From an uncultured virus (IMG/VR IMGVR_UViG_3300042691_055981) (taxonomy: Duplodnaviria; Heunggongvirae; Uroviricota; Caudoviricetes): 64,000 bases of DNA. Both the position numbers and the translations under genes were made by a program. Shown piece by piece: positions 19,409-29,767 of the stretch. The notes beneath the pieces were generated by a model. That model was not told the DNA's origin. It saw nothing but the letters and a program-made list of their open reading frames with translations, and made no database searches. Each line of letters begins with the position of its first letter. Within the stretch, counting starts at the first letter, position 1. The stretch lies in IMG/VR virus record IMGVR_UViG_3300042691_055981, one strand, 5' to 3'.

Positions 19409-19978
19409 TCAATATGCAGATTTCTTAATTCTGTTAGTTGTTTTTTTGCCAAGTTCCCGATGGTTCTTTAGCAGATTGTTTAGCTCGTCATTAACCGAAT
19501 GAGGATAAGTAATCATCATACGGTTAAATCCTCGTTCTGTAATTGCTTGGAACGCGGCCTTTGCAGTCTTAAAGTGCAATTTCTCCTCTGGTTGTTGCTG
19601 GCAAATTCTGATGCCTCTCCAAAATGATCGCTCCTCGGTAGCGGCATAGACAATGATCTGGAATGGATCAACCTTGACTCCATTCGCCCAATAGACGGTG
19701 AAGAATGTCTCTCCATGAATCTGTGCATCGTTTACGGTCATAGTTTCCACATCAAACGATGCAGATGGAACCGACCATGTACCACTAAGTTCTCCAAGCG
19801 TGACGACAATTGAGACCCATCCCTCAAATTCTTTATGGGTAGAACCGTCCGAGCCCCGATGAATCTGCAATCGGTCTACGGTTATTTCTCTTAAAGCACG
19901 ATGGTATCTGTAGAGTGCATCCTCTATTTTAGCTTTACCAGGAGACACAATCTTGATTTCCTCATTCAATTCGCTCAT
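19409..19978 (-). CDS. hypothetical protein; start displaced by a 13-bp duplication
   Basis: ORF track; promoter-adjacent ATG at 19991 is out of frame. Confidence 0.65.
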   Translation of the reverse strand: MSELNEEIKIVSPGKAKIEDALYRYHRALREITVDRLQIHRGSDGSTHKEFEGWVSIVVTLGELSGTWSVPSASFDVETMTVNDAQIHGETFFTVYWANGVKVDPFQIIVYAATEERSFWRGIRICQQQPEEKLHFKTAKAAFQAITERGFNRMMITYPHSVNDELNNLLKNHRELGKKTTNRIKKSAY

Positions 19979-20055
19979 TCAATTCGCTCATATCTTCATT
20001 ATACCTTCAGATTGTGAGAGATGGAAAAATCGGGCGAAATTCACCCGATAAAACA

Positions 20056-20460
20056 TCACGAAACATAGAACTCCACATTATCAATGCCGCCATATTTATC
20101 AAAGAACTCGTTAGCTTCTTCTAAGAAGAAATCATAAGAAGTTTTGTAGTACAAGGTTTTACATTCCTCTGGCTTCAACATACCCAAAGACAATCTAATC
20201 GTTTCATCATAATCCGTTGCATAAGGCTTGGGCTCAGTTAGATAAGGATAATTCTCACAAACATATTTGCAGTAAGAATCAAAAATCTGCTGATTTGTTT
20301 TGTCAGGAATTTTTTCCTTACCATCATCAGACCAATACATAAAAATGTAAGCATCGGTGCTTCGGGTCTGCATCAAATGCAAGGAATCAACAAATGTCAA
20401 TTCCTTGTTTAATTTGCTCGAAAAAACTTCGCTATATTCGCAATTAAGTTGCATACTCAT
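20056..20460 (-). CDS. hypothetical protein
   Basis: ORF track. Confidence 0.6.
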   Translation of the reverse strand: MSMQLNCEYSEVFSSKLNKELTFVDSLHLMQTRSTDAYIFMYWSDDGKEKIPDKTNQQIFDSYCKYVCENYPYLTEPKPYATDYDETIRLSLGMLKPEECKTLYYKTSYDFFLEEANEFFDKYGGIDNVEFYVS

Positions 20461-20575
20461 TTAACTAAAACCTTCCATAACCATTTTGAAAATCCAATCA
20501 AGAAAATAACTAAAGAGATAATCAAAATAAGAACAACGAAACCAATCCAAATAGTTGCAAGAATCACACTAGATG

Positions 20576-20983
20576 TCATGCATGAACCTCTTCATAACAG
20601 ATGAATTTTTCCCCAAGAATCTTTTTTGGATTGCCGCAAGCGAAATCGCCACGATCCACTCGCATAGAGATAGTAAAATAATCTTCATCCTCAACAAAAT
20701 GAGTGACTAAACCAGTAAACTCGGCCTGACAATCATCGTCATCAATTTCGCACAAAGGAACAATGCCATAATCATCCAAATTCTTCACCCACAATTCTTC
20801 AGGAAAGCCTGGTCTAATACTGAAACCAATAAAGTCAAATTCCCCCCAGCCTCCAGCACGATTATATTCAGCACTCACAATCTTTCCAGAAGACAGTTTG
20901 ACAAATCGGAGATCCTCTGATTGTTCTGGTAAAGACAAAACCTTAAAGGTGCGTCCATCTGCTACAATTTCCTTATTTTCCAT
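20576..20983 (-). CDS. family-B paralog, leaderless start
   Basis: MENKEIVADGRTFKVL...YGIVPLCEI. Confidence 0.8.
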   Translation of the reverse strand: MENKEIVADGRTFKVLSLPEQSEDLRFVKLSSGKIVSAEYNRAGGWGEFDFIGFSIRPGFPEELWVKNLDDYGIVPLCEIDDDDCQAEFTGLVTHFVEDEDYFTISMRVDRGDFACGNPKKILGEKFICYEEVHA

Positions 20984-21051
20984 ATCTTCATTATACCTTC
21001 AGATTGTGAGAGATGGAAAAAGCTGGGCGATTCTAATTTTGCCCAGCTTTT

Positions 21052-21762
21052 TTATCGAGACAAGCTTTTTGCAAGCTTAATATATTTCCAATCAACACAA
21101 TCTTTAAATTCTTCAGCGAACCCAGGCGACAATTCTTGAGAAATTGAGATCCACTTCCAGTTCACACGATCTTGAAATTCTCGAATAAAGTCTTCCGACA
21201 ACTGCTGGTAATAAGAAACTCCTTCAAAGTCCAAGTAGTCTTTAAATTCTCGCATGAAGTTTTCAGAAAGATTTTGATACCTCGAAATACTTTCCCACTC
21301 AACTTGATCACGAAATTCTCTAATGAAATCTTCTGACATCACTTGATTATGAGAAGCGTAATTCCATTGCAATTTGTCTTGGAATTCTCTCATAAAATCT
21401 TCAGACAGTTTTTGATTGATGGAGATATAACTCCAATTCACACGATCTTTAAACTCTCTGATAAAGTTTTCAGATAGTGTCTGATTGTAGGAGATTCCAC
21501 GCCAATAAACTCGTCCTTCGAACTCTCTAATGAAATCCTCCGAAAGCGTTTGATGTTCGGAGATAAAATCCCAATCCACACGATCTTGAAACTCTTTAAT
21601 GAAAGGTTCAGAAAGAACTTGGTAACGGGAAATCACACCCCACTTCACTTTATCCTTAAACTCTCTGATAAAATCTTCAGATAGTGTTTCGTTTTTTGAG
21701 ATGGAAACCCAATTCGTGATAGCAGGAACTGTGTTTCGATTGATTAATTCTTGATTTGTCAT
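21052..21762 (-). CDS. 23-aa Trp-repeat protein, ~9 units
   Basis: Tandem repeats; directly downstream of infC, no own promoter element. Confidence 0.9.
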   Translation of the reverse strand: MTNQELINRNTVPAITNWVSISKNETLSEDFIREFKDKVKWGVISRYQVLSEPFIKEFQDRVDWDFISEHQTLSEDFIREFEGRVYWRGISYNQTLSENFIREFKDRVNWSYISINQKLSEDFMREFQDKLQWNYASHNQVMSEDFIREFRDQVEWESISRYQNLSENFMREFKDYLDFEGVSYYQQLSEDFIREFQDRVNWKWISISQELSPGFAEEFKDCVDWKYIKLAKSLSR

Positions 21763-21773
21763 TTTTCTTCTCT

Positions 21774-22283
21774 TTATTTTTTTGGGCTTACGATGATTGA
21801 CATAATCTTGCCTTGCAAGACTGGCTCACCTTCATATACGCAATAATCGCTTAGTTCCTCAAGAACTATCTTAATTTTTGCAAGTCCTAACTCAGGATGG
21901 TCTAATTCCCGGCTTTTAAAAAAGCACGAAACTTTCACCTTGTCGCCATGCTCTAAAAACTTTATAGCCCTTTTGACGAAGGTTTCGATATCATGTTTTT
22001 GTATCCTCGGTGACACTTTAATCTCTTTAGTATCTTGCTTAGGTTTATGATTAGCCCTTTCTCTCTTTTGCTCTTCGTATCTCATCTGTCCGTAGTCTAA
22101 AATTTTACAAACTACTGGCGATGCATTCGGATTAGCAACATAAAGATCAAGGCCTTCATTCTTAGCAAGATCGAGTGCTTTTCTTGTAGGAATTACACCC
22201 AAAGAACTGCCGTCACTATTGATAACTAGGGCTTCTCGAAATTTCAATGCCCTTTCATTTAAAAAAACGAATTGTTTTTTCAT
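21774..22283 (-). CDS. infC: translation initiation factor IF-3
   Basis: NE..., ALDLAKNEGLDL, PVVCKILDYG, KEIKVSPRIQKHD, FLEHGDKVKV. Confidence 0.93.
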   Translation of the reverse strand: MKKQFVFLNERALKFREALVINSDGSSLGVIPTRKALDLAKNEGLDLYVANPNASPVVCKILDYGQMRYEEQKRERANHKPKQDTKEIKVSPRIQKHDIETFVKRAIKFLEHGDKVKVSCFFKSRELDHPELGLAKIKIVLEELSDYCVYEGEPVLQGKIMSIIVSPKK

Positions 22284-22523
22284 TTCTCTTGTTGGTTCTC
22301 TTTTAAGAGTGTGTCGATTTGTATTTTTACCATCTGTGCTTCATTATATCGTTCCAAAGAACACAATCTTTGGAACTCTTTTTCTAGATTTTCAATCTTT
22401 TGTAGATTGTCCATAATTATTTATACGTTTTTTGTGTGAAATTTAACGAGTTAAAATTTCAAAAATTTATAAATAATCCAAATCAGCACTACGCAACAAA
22501 AGCATCCCATAATTTCCACCTCC

Positions 22524-22790
22524 TTATTTAATTGATACATCTTCACCTTCAATAATTCGCAAAAGCTGTACGCCTTCCAATTCGTTGTACATAAGAACAT
22601 CACAGGAGGCATCTTCATGCATGACATCAATAAACTTAATTCCATGCTCAGTTTCTCTGTTATACGCCTTGCTGGGAGCCTCCCAGGAATCAAGCACATT
22701 TACTTCCAAAAATTTCACATGAGTAATCTTGTCAATCTGGTTCATAGTCAGAATTTCATATTTAATTCCTTTATCTTCAACAATGCTCAT
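22524..22790 (-). CDS. family-B paralog, leaderless start
   Basis: GIKYEIL...ITHVK; ATG at the promoter element. Confidence 0.75.
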   Translation of the reverse strand: MSIVEDKGIKYEILTMNQIDKITHVKFLEVNVLDSWEAPSKAYNRETEHGIKFIDVMHEDASCDVLMYNELEGVQLLRIIEGEDVSIK

Positions 22791-23626
22791 AATTTAATTA
22801 TACCTCCAGATTGTGAAAGATGGAAAAAGTTTTTTTTCCATCTTTTTTTAAAGGAAATGGTCATGCTACGGTCAACCTCATCGGTTTGAAGTTGAAGAAA
22901 GACATCAGCCCCGGTTGGTATTCGATGCACTTCCAGTTTGGGTTCAGTGGTCGTTTTGGTCGGCTCATGTATCGCACGAACAACACCGTCGATTCCGGTT
23001 CATCTGCAACAAGCCGGAAGTTTCGGTGCAACGTAAGTCCTGATTTAGCTCTATCTAGTTTCACCCCTTCACCTCCGGCATCCCCTTCTCTTTGGCAAAG
23101 GCTATAAGTTCGGCGTTGGTCAGGTACTTTGGGTCATTCTCCCCAACTTTCCATCGCATCACCCAAATTGGCTCAAACTCAAAGCACTGTTCATTTAGAA
23201 ACTCTTCGGCTTTCGTGAGTTCGTCGGTCATGGTTGCACCTCTTATACCGCCTCCGCGTCGTTCGGAAAACCAACAAACACTTCTGGTTGCTTGATGTCA
23301 TGGAATCGGAAGTCACCAAAACGGCTTTTAATGGCAATGTATTCACCAAAGTTGCCACCATGCCACTTGACTGCATATATCTTGCCTTCCTCCAACTTCA
23401 CCCCTCCACCTCCGGCCATATCCGCACTAAGCCGCTGGGGGTTGGGCGGTGGACTACTCTCGTAAGGATGTCTTCCCGATATACATACCTGGAGTTGTCT
23501 GGATTTTTGAATTCAACACGGTACAATTCAGGTGAAACAACCCTCACAATCTTTGCGACTTGAGGCGTTCCGTCCCACCATTTTCCGCGAGTCTCGTAAG
23601 TATCGCCAACCATTAACTCCGGAAGC

Positions 23627-24148
23627 TTATCCACAATCTGACTCCTTTATGTAATCATAGAGCGATTTAGACCAAACGGCGTAGTCCGGTGAACTTGCTA
23701 AATATACGGGGCCATTAAGTTTTAATGGATGGCGTATTTCCAAAGTTTCCCCGTCTCTAGCAAAGGAGATTTCACCTTTCATATTTTTGCGTAGTTCGTC
23801 GTACCCTTCAAGCACGGATCTTAGCCGATCTACTTCAGCATGTAGATCTTCATAAGTGGGTTTCCTAAATCTCGTTAACCTTCCATCAACCTTACTCTCG
23901 AAACCATCTAATTCACCTCGGTAGAAATAAAGATCGTAATCATCAATTTCAATACTTCCCGTGAAATCTTTATTTCTGGTTAATTTTGGTGATAGTTCGT
24001 CACAATCTCCACTCGCAATCCACAACTGGCCGAGAGAATCAATTTCATGTCTCAATAGTAAGCAATCAAATTCTTTTGTTTGATCTAGCACATTTCGCTT
24101 ACCATTGGGAAGCTCCACTTTGCATTTAATATAATCAAACATTCCCAT
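23627..24148 (-). CDS. conserved phage hypothetical protein (MGMFDYIKC...QTKEFDC.L)
   Basis: ORF track; SD-like AAGGAAGG upstream. Confidence 0.7.
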   Translation of the reverse strand: MGMFDYIKCKVELPNGKRNVLDQTKEFDCLLLRHEIDSLGQLWIASGDCDELSPKLTRNKDFTGSIEIDDYDLYFYRGELDGFESKVDGRLTRFRKPTYEDLHAEVDRLRSVLEGYDELRKNMKGEISFARDGETLEIRHPLKLNGPVYLASSPDYAVWSKSLYDYIKESDCG

Positions 24149-24236
24149 TTCGAAAACCTTCCTTCAATTTCAGAATTACATTATTCATATTCTTATTATA
24201 CCTTCAGATTGTGAGAGATGGGAAAAAATAACAAAT

Positions 24237-24425
24237 TTAAAACTCTCTCTGGTTCCATAATTCAATAGCTTTGGGCATTATCTCACTCAACAAAAGTCTA
24301 CCTGGGTTATGGGCTGGTTCAGATTCGTAGCCACAATCCATACAAATGTATAGCATATAACCAGGCTCCAGTTCAGCAAGGATATCTTTACCTCCACACT
24401 TTGGGCACGACTTTAATTCAATCAT
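24237..24425 (-). CDS. Lar-like (restriction alleviation) zinc-ribbon protein
   Basis: ELKSCPKCGG...CMDCG...AIELWNQR. Confidence 0.7.
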   Translation of the reverse strand: MIELKSCPKCGGKDILAELEPGYMLYICMDCGYESEPAHNPGRLLLSEIMPKAIELWNQREF

Positions 24426-25270
24426 TTTGACTCACCTCACTTTATTTAGGTAATGCAGGATCAAAGTCTTCAATACGAACCCTACCCAGGGAATCCATAG
24501 GATCAATTAATCCCTCAACATAATTAAAATTCTCTTCAATTCTAAGCATCCCACCGTCTGGGTCAATAGCAAAGACATTAGAATCATCAAACTTATTTAG
24601 CCATAGTTTCAAGTCTCCAACCGTTGCCCAATCTGATAATTTATTCAATTTGGTCACCATTTGATTTTTCGTAAGGAATTCCTTTCAGATAATAGTCAAC
24701 AGCTTCATATCCTTTTTTTTCTGATGTTGACAGGTTTTTGTATTTTACCCTGGCAAAAGTAACTTTTCTATCAGCATAAGATCCTTGAATATCGCTAACA
24801 AGCACTTTTTTATTTTCTTTTAACCATTTTTTTATTTTCTTAAACATAGATTCTCCAATTGATGTCCCTCTTTTTGTATGATAGTGTATTTTTTCCAGGA
24901 AAAACAATCATCAACTGCTTGAACTTCGACCCACCCGTGATACAATACCCACTCCAGCCACACCCAGGTGCCGCACTCACATCGTACCGGCGACCATGAA
25001 AATATTAGTCGCGGAAGTATTTCTTTCCGTCGTTCCTTTGGTTTATACCTCACTCCTCCACCTCAAGTCCCTTCTCTCTGGCAAAGGCTATTAGATCTTC
25101 AAGTGAAAATCCTGTTGTAAAAACCCCATTCTTGCCATTGGAAGTGGTTGCCCAAGAAACTTCCCAGAGTCCGGTTGTAATGCTAGGGTCAATACACTTG
25201 ACATAACAACCTAATCCGGTCAAGAACTCCTCTGCGGAATACCGTTGATCAGATGCCTTATCTGCATCGG

Positions 25271-25645
25271 TCATGGTTTCACCTCTTCTGTTTGCCCAGC
25301 TTCATACTCAGCAAACGCTTTTGTCACTAGAGTGTGGAGCTCTGGATGTGTGTCTTTAGAAAATCCCCGCAAACCCTGGCTTTCCCATCGAAGAAACTCA
25401 ACATGGGCGTCAAAATCCAACATATCATCGGCAGTTCGGCAAGTAGTAGCTGTTACATATTTAACCTGCCCAGGTCTAATTTGAACTCTAGCCCTGCCAT
25501 AATCAATTATAAACTCTGGCTCCTCTTTTTCCAATTCCAGGTCATCGTACGCCTCAGGATCGAACCAGGCAAGAGCTAAATCCTTACCGTCTGTAGTTGC
25601 CTGAATCTCGCCGTACACACGGTAACCAATATCTTGAACTCTCAT
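25271..25645 (-). CDS. hypothetical protein
   Basis: ORF track; SD GGGGAG upstream. Confidence 0.6.
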   Translation of the reverse strand: MRVQDIGYRVYGEIQATTDGKDLALAWFDPEAYDDLELEKEEPEFIIDYGRARVQIRPGQVKYVTATTCRTADDMLDFDAHVEFLRWESQGLRGFSKDTHPELHTLVTKAFAEYEAGQTEEVKP

Positions 25646-25808
25646 TATTTTCTCCCCTTAAACTTTGCAAAAGCAACGATGGCTTCGTTATCTGTATGTT
25701 GAGTAAACGTCATCCCGTCCCATACAAACCAGCCCCAGGCATCCGCCCAGATTGTTTTGTACCCATGTTTGTCTAACCATCTACAGGCTCGATCTACCTC
25801 ATTATGAC

Positions 25809-26237
25809 TCAAGAAATCACCACCATTTTAAGAATCTCGTCTTCAAGCATCACGCCCTCTGGAACATACATGATTTTTCCATCTGAGTCTACACCAGACA
25901 TCCACCCCCTATCTTCCATAACAAATTGATCTTCCATAGCTGATACCAAACGCATAACATCTGTTTTATGCAGACGAAGTTCAACATAATCGCTATCTTC
26001 TTCGAAAGTCAGATTGTATCCATAGCGGCTGGACAAAGAAACAAGCCAGTTATCAAACCCATCACAATCGCATTGAACTTTTCCTGGTCTGACAACACAT
26101 AAGGAACAGTTCGCGTGGCAAGTTCGCCATGCGGAGCCAAATCCATCTTCAATGATGGGAAAATTCAAATAATCTCGGTCGTTCCCTGCGTCTCCCGTAA
26201 ACTCCTTTCTCTCCTCTGGGGTCATCCATTCTTTCAT
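25809..26237 (-). CDS. hypothetical Cys-containing protein
   Basis: ORF track; SD AAGGAG upstream. Confidence 0.6.
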   Translation of the reverse strand: MKEWMTPEERKEFTGDAGNDRDYLNFPIIEDGFGSAWRTCHANCSLCVVRPGKVQCDCDGFDNWLVSLSSRYGYNLTFEEDSDYVELRLHKTDVMRLVSAMEDQFVMEDRGWMSGVDSDGKIMYVPEGVMLEDEILKMVVIS

Positions 26238-26429
26238 TTAGTCTCCTTGTGGTCGTGTGTTCCATTTCTCAATGGCAATCAGGTCAATGGCGTCAAAACC
26301 GTCGGCGGGCGGGCCGCTTCCGTAGCAAGCTCGACACTCGACGCGATAGTAGCGATCATCGTCACTCCCTCCAGCTACAACTTCTGCAGAGGACAAAGCC
26401 CCACAGAACGGACACGGTAACAAACTCAT
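26238..26429 (-). CDS. Lar-family restriction alleviation-like protein
   Basis: MSLLPCPFCG...RVECRAC...AIEKWNTRP. Confidence 0.8.
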   Translation of the reverse strand: MSLLPCPFCGALSSAEVVAGGSDDDRYYRVECRACYGSGPPADGFDAIDLIAIEKWNTRPQGD

Positions 26430-26607
26430 TTCTCTCCTTGTGTATACTTGTCGCATGTTTTTAATACTTTTGTCAATTCATTGATTGCCGCATCTGTGGT
26501 CAATCCCTTTGCTTCGTAGCAGTCAATCAACCCCGAAATCGCCCAAGTCAATGACTCATCCGCCAAGGCAGAAGGCAAAAGCATCATAGATTTTAGTTCA
26601 GGGTAAG

Positions 26608-26958
26608 TCATTTATTTTCTCCCAAAATCTCAACACAATGGAACCATACAGAGTTTTCGTTTGTCACCGGGGAAGACCGCTTCCACAAGCCATTCACAAA
26701 CTCAAATGGAGCTTCAAAAGACCTAGGTTCCCGAGGCACATGGCGGAGGGGGATCAGTTTATTTTCGTCTAGCTCTCGTTCATCAAAAGGGGTCATGAAT
26801 TTTGTCCTGTCTTCATTTAATTGGACATGAACTAATCCATCGAATTCGGCGGTCATAACTTTTTCATCATCGCCAGCATACTTCGCGTGAGTGATCATGT
26901 GGATTTGGTCTAGTGTTAGCACCTCATATGTTTCATTCTCAAATTTAAATTCTTTCAT
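26608..26958 (-). CDS. family-B paralog
   Basis: YEVLTLDQIHMITHAK...LIPLR...SFE..FEFVNG.W. Confidence 0.75.
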   Translation of the reverse strand: MKEFKFENETYEVLTLDQIHMITHAKYAGDDEKVMTAEFDGLVHVQLNEDRTKFMTPFDERELDENKLIPLRHVPREPRSFEAPFEFVNGLWKRSSPVTNENSVWFHCVEILGENK

Positions 26959-27320
26959 TATTTCTCTCCATCTATAAGTTCAGTAACTCGGAACCGCTTA
27001 GTGGGTCTATCCCCTGCGGCAAAACCAAAAGGTAAAAGCCTTTGTGGTGTCCACGCACCATTGACGAATTCAAATGTTTCCTCAAAACTCACAGGAGTTT
27101 CTGGAGCTACACGAAGAAGCTCGATGCCGAATGCTTCAAGATAATGTTTTCCAATGTCATATCGGTCAGCTCGCACAAGCACTCCGACAACTCCCTCTCT
27201 ATGTAAATATTCAGCCTTCTTAATTTCCCCGCTGGCCAATCGCACATAGAGCTGATAGTGAATCTCGCCGTGCAATTCATCCAGGTCAACAATTTCATAT
27301 TCTTGATTTAATTCTTTCAT
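26958..27320 (-). CDS. family-B paralog, leaderless start
   Basis: YEIV...VRLASG...FGIELLR...SFEETFEFVNGAW. Confidence 0.75.
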   Translation of the reverse strand: MKELNQEYEIVDLDELHGEIHYQLYVRLASGEIKKAEYLHREGVVGVLVRADRYDIGKHYLEAFGIELLRVAPETPVSFEETFEFVNGAWTPQRLLPFGFAAGDRPTKRFRVTELIDGEK

Positions 27321-27357
27321 ATCCTTATTATACCTTCAGATTGTGAGAGATGGAAAA

Positions 27358-27894
27358 TCAGAATGAAGCTTGAGCTTGTTGATTTTTCGGCGGACGACCT
27401 CGCTTCCGTCGCTGTCCGTTTGCGTCTAGCACAGGCATCTTGATAGGTTTGATTGTGGTTGATTTTGGCCGCCCTCGCTTTCGATGAACGGGAGTGCCAT
27501 CTTCATTAAACCCAATAACAACCTTTTCTTTCACCGGTTTAACAGCTTTCTCAGCCTTGACCTTCACTGGCTTTTCAGCCTTAGGTTTTCGCTTAGTTTT
27601 AGTTCTCTTATCTTCCTTTCTTGAAATCTTTTCAAGCACAGACAATCTGATACTTGGATTGAGACGAAGCAGTTCACGGGCAATCATCGCCTGTGCATAT
27701 CCATCACCGTCCTGATAGTTATAGTTGTCTGCGATTTCCAAGATTGATTTGAATGATTTACGAGCGATATTATTGGCAATCTCAAGCAAGCCACTTTCCT
27801 TTGATCTTACGCAACCTCCTCTTAGAAATTGTCCAGATCGTGTGTCGAATAGGCAATAAATACCGTCTTGATTTTCTTGTAATGTTATTTGCAT
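27358..27894 (-). CDS. putative DNA-binding protein with two AT-hook motifs
   Basis: RKRGRPK and RKRGRPPK in a Lys/Pro-rich tail; paralog of 12512..12856. Confidence 0.7.
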   Translation of the reverse strand: MQITLQENQDGIYCLFDTRSGQFLRGGCVRSKESGLLEIANNIARKSFKSILEIADNYNYQDGDGYAQAMIARELLRLNPSIRLSVLEKISRKEDKRTKTKRKPKAEKPVKVKAEKAVKPVKEKVVIGFNEDGTPVHRKRGRPKSTTIKPIKMPVLDANGQRRKRGRPPKNQQAQASF

Positions 27895-27904
27895 TTTCTT
27901 TCAG

Positions 27905-28159
27905 TTATTTTTCAAAAGGATTGGCGATTTCTGCCCAAAGGCGAGGATCTTCAATAGTGTGAGTGAAGCCCCATTCATGGTCGTAATCGTAGACCCAACC
28001 ATATTCTCCAGAACCGTTTCCATAATTGTCTGGAATTTCTTCCCACTCAACCACTCTGCAAGTGTATCTGCAAAATTCACGATCTTCAGCCCAATCTGGA
28101 TTAACCATTAAGATCGGGCGATCTTTGAATGCGTTTTCAATGTCATTTCTCCAATTCAT
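27905..28159 (-). CDS. hypothetical protein, leaderless start
   Basis: ATG at the promoter element. Confidence 0.75.
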   Translation of the reverse strand: MNWRNDIENAFKDRPILMVNPDWAEDREFCRYTCRVVEWEEIPDNYGNGSGEYGWVYDYDHEWGFTHTIEDPRLWAEIANPFEK

Positions 28160-29217
28160 ATCTTCATTATACCTTCAGATTGTGAAAGATGGAAAAATTG
28201 GGCGAAATCATCTCCGCCATAGGCAGATTTAGTAAGAGAAGCAATCTCTCGAATTGTAATTTGATCTGGGAAAGTCTTTCCAGACATCCACTGCCTAACT
28301 CCCTCTCGGCAAGCTCTAGTGACAGTCCGATAGACATTAATTGCTTCTTCATGTGACATTGGCTTGTCCAGATCAAGTTCTTTAATTAGGTCTAAATTAG
28401 CTTCATTAATCAGCTTGAAATTGTAGTCTTGGGTGGCTTCTCGAATTGTCCGGCCATGTGCCCAAACAGAATCTTTACCAACAATGTAATCGAATGGAGT
28501 TTTAAGGATTGTTAGATCGTTTAAGGTTTTTCTTGACACAATCTCACGAACAATTCCATCAATATAACACCAGTCTTTTTCAATGGTCTGAGTCATACTT
28601 GATATACCTTCATTAGGTGAATATTTATATTGATTTATCCACAATCTGCCGCCAATCTGAAGATTGACAAAAGATTCAGGGTAAGATTTAAGCCGGTTGT
28701 TATGCATCCACAAACTACCACCAATCTTAAGATTACCGAAAGATTCTGGAAGAGATATGAGTGAGTTACCAGATAGAGACAAACAACCACCAATCTTCAG
28801 ATTACCAAAAGATTCTGGAAGGTATTCAAGAGAGTTGTTGTTTAGCTCCAAACTACCACCAATCTTAAGATTACTAAAAGATTCTGGAAGGTATGTGAGT
28901 GAGTTACCAGATAGAGACAAACAACCACCAATCTTCAGATTGCCAAAAGATTCTGGAAGAGATGTGAGTAAGTTGTTAGATAGAGACAAACCACGACCAA
29001 TCTTCAGATTGCCAAAAGACTCTGGAAGATATGTGAGTGAGTTGCCGTCTAGATACAAACTACCACCAATCTTAAGATTACCAAAATCTTCTGGAAGAGA
29101 TGTGAGTGATTTGGCAAATAGAAGCAAGTCTTTCTCCACTTCAACACAATCTGACTTAACAGTGTATGTAACGCTGTATTTATCTAGAAAATCGGTGAGC
29201 TCTTGAAATTGATTCAT
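28156..29217 (-). CDS. leucine-rich repeat protein (~7 x 23 aa) with C-terminal phage domain
   Basis: LxxLPESFGNLKIGGxLxLxxN repeats; ATG at the promoter element. Confidence 0.88.
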   Translation of the reverse strand: MNQFQELTDFLDKYSVTYTVKSDCVEVEKDLLLFAKSLTSLPEDFGNLKIGGSLYLDGNSLTYLPESFGNLKIGRGLSLSNNLLTSLPESFGNLKIGGCLSLSGNSLTYLPESFSNLKIGGSLELNNNSLEYLPESFGNLKIGGCLSLSGNSLISLPESFGNLKIGGSLWMHNNRLKSYPESFVNLQIGGRLWINQYKYSPNEGISSMTQTIEKDWCYIDGIVREIVSRKTLNDLTILKTPFDYIVGKDSVWAHGRTIREATQDYNFKLINEANLDLIKELDLDKPMSHEEAINVYRTVTRACREGVRQWMSGKTFPDQITIREIASLTKSAYGGDDFAQFFHLSQSEGIMKI

Positions 29218-29254
29218 ATCTTCATTATACCTTCAGATTGTGAAAGATGGAAAA

Positions 29255-29536
29255 TCATCTGTACACTTTCTTGATTTCAAATTCTCGATAATTAAGTGAA
29301 GGTGTTGTTTTTAATTCTGCAATTATCACTTGTTCTTCGAGAGAGATTTCCTCAGATTCGTAAATGTCATTATCGGAAATCACGCGATAAATTTCACTCT
29401 CTAATTCTTCTTGATTGCGGCAAACATATGGATCGCAAAAAACCACACCATCGCCCATAGTGTCTCGCCCCACAACGTAGCATTGCTTTTTGTCAAAAGG
29501 CATTTTGCAACTTATTTCAAAATCGATTGTATTCAT
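29255..29536 (-). CDS. hypothetical protein
   Basis: Preceded by CACAATCT-N5-TATACT-N6-ATG. Confidence 0.65.
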   Translation of the reverse strand: MNTIDFEISCKMPFDKKQCYVVGRDTMGDGVVFCDPYVCRNQEELESEIYRVISDNDIYESEEISLEEQVIIAELKTTPSLNYREFEIKKVYR

Positions 29537-29767
29537 ATTTTAAGTATACGCTCAGATTGTGTTATTTTGTGGCCAAAGATCTGAATCTTTCATTCAAATC
29601 TTTAAGATTTTCGATGTGATAATCAATATTTAATTCTGATCCATCAGAAAAATGAAGGTTTAACTTGCTAGTTTTTGCATCAAAACGATACCAAAGAACT
29701 TTCATTAAATCAAAGCAAACATGATTTCCGAAATCATTGCCGACATAAGGAACTATAATTGGCTTCA

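Noticed and set aside
28697..29206. 169-aa + strand repeat ORF
   Set aside because: Antisense shadow of the LRR gene
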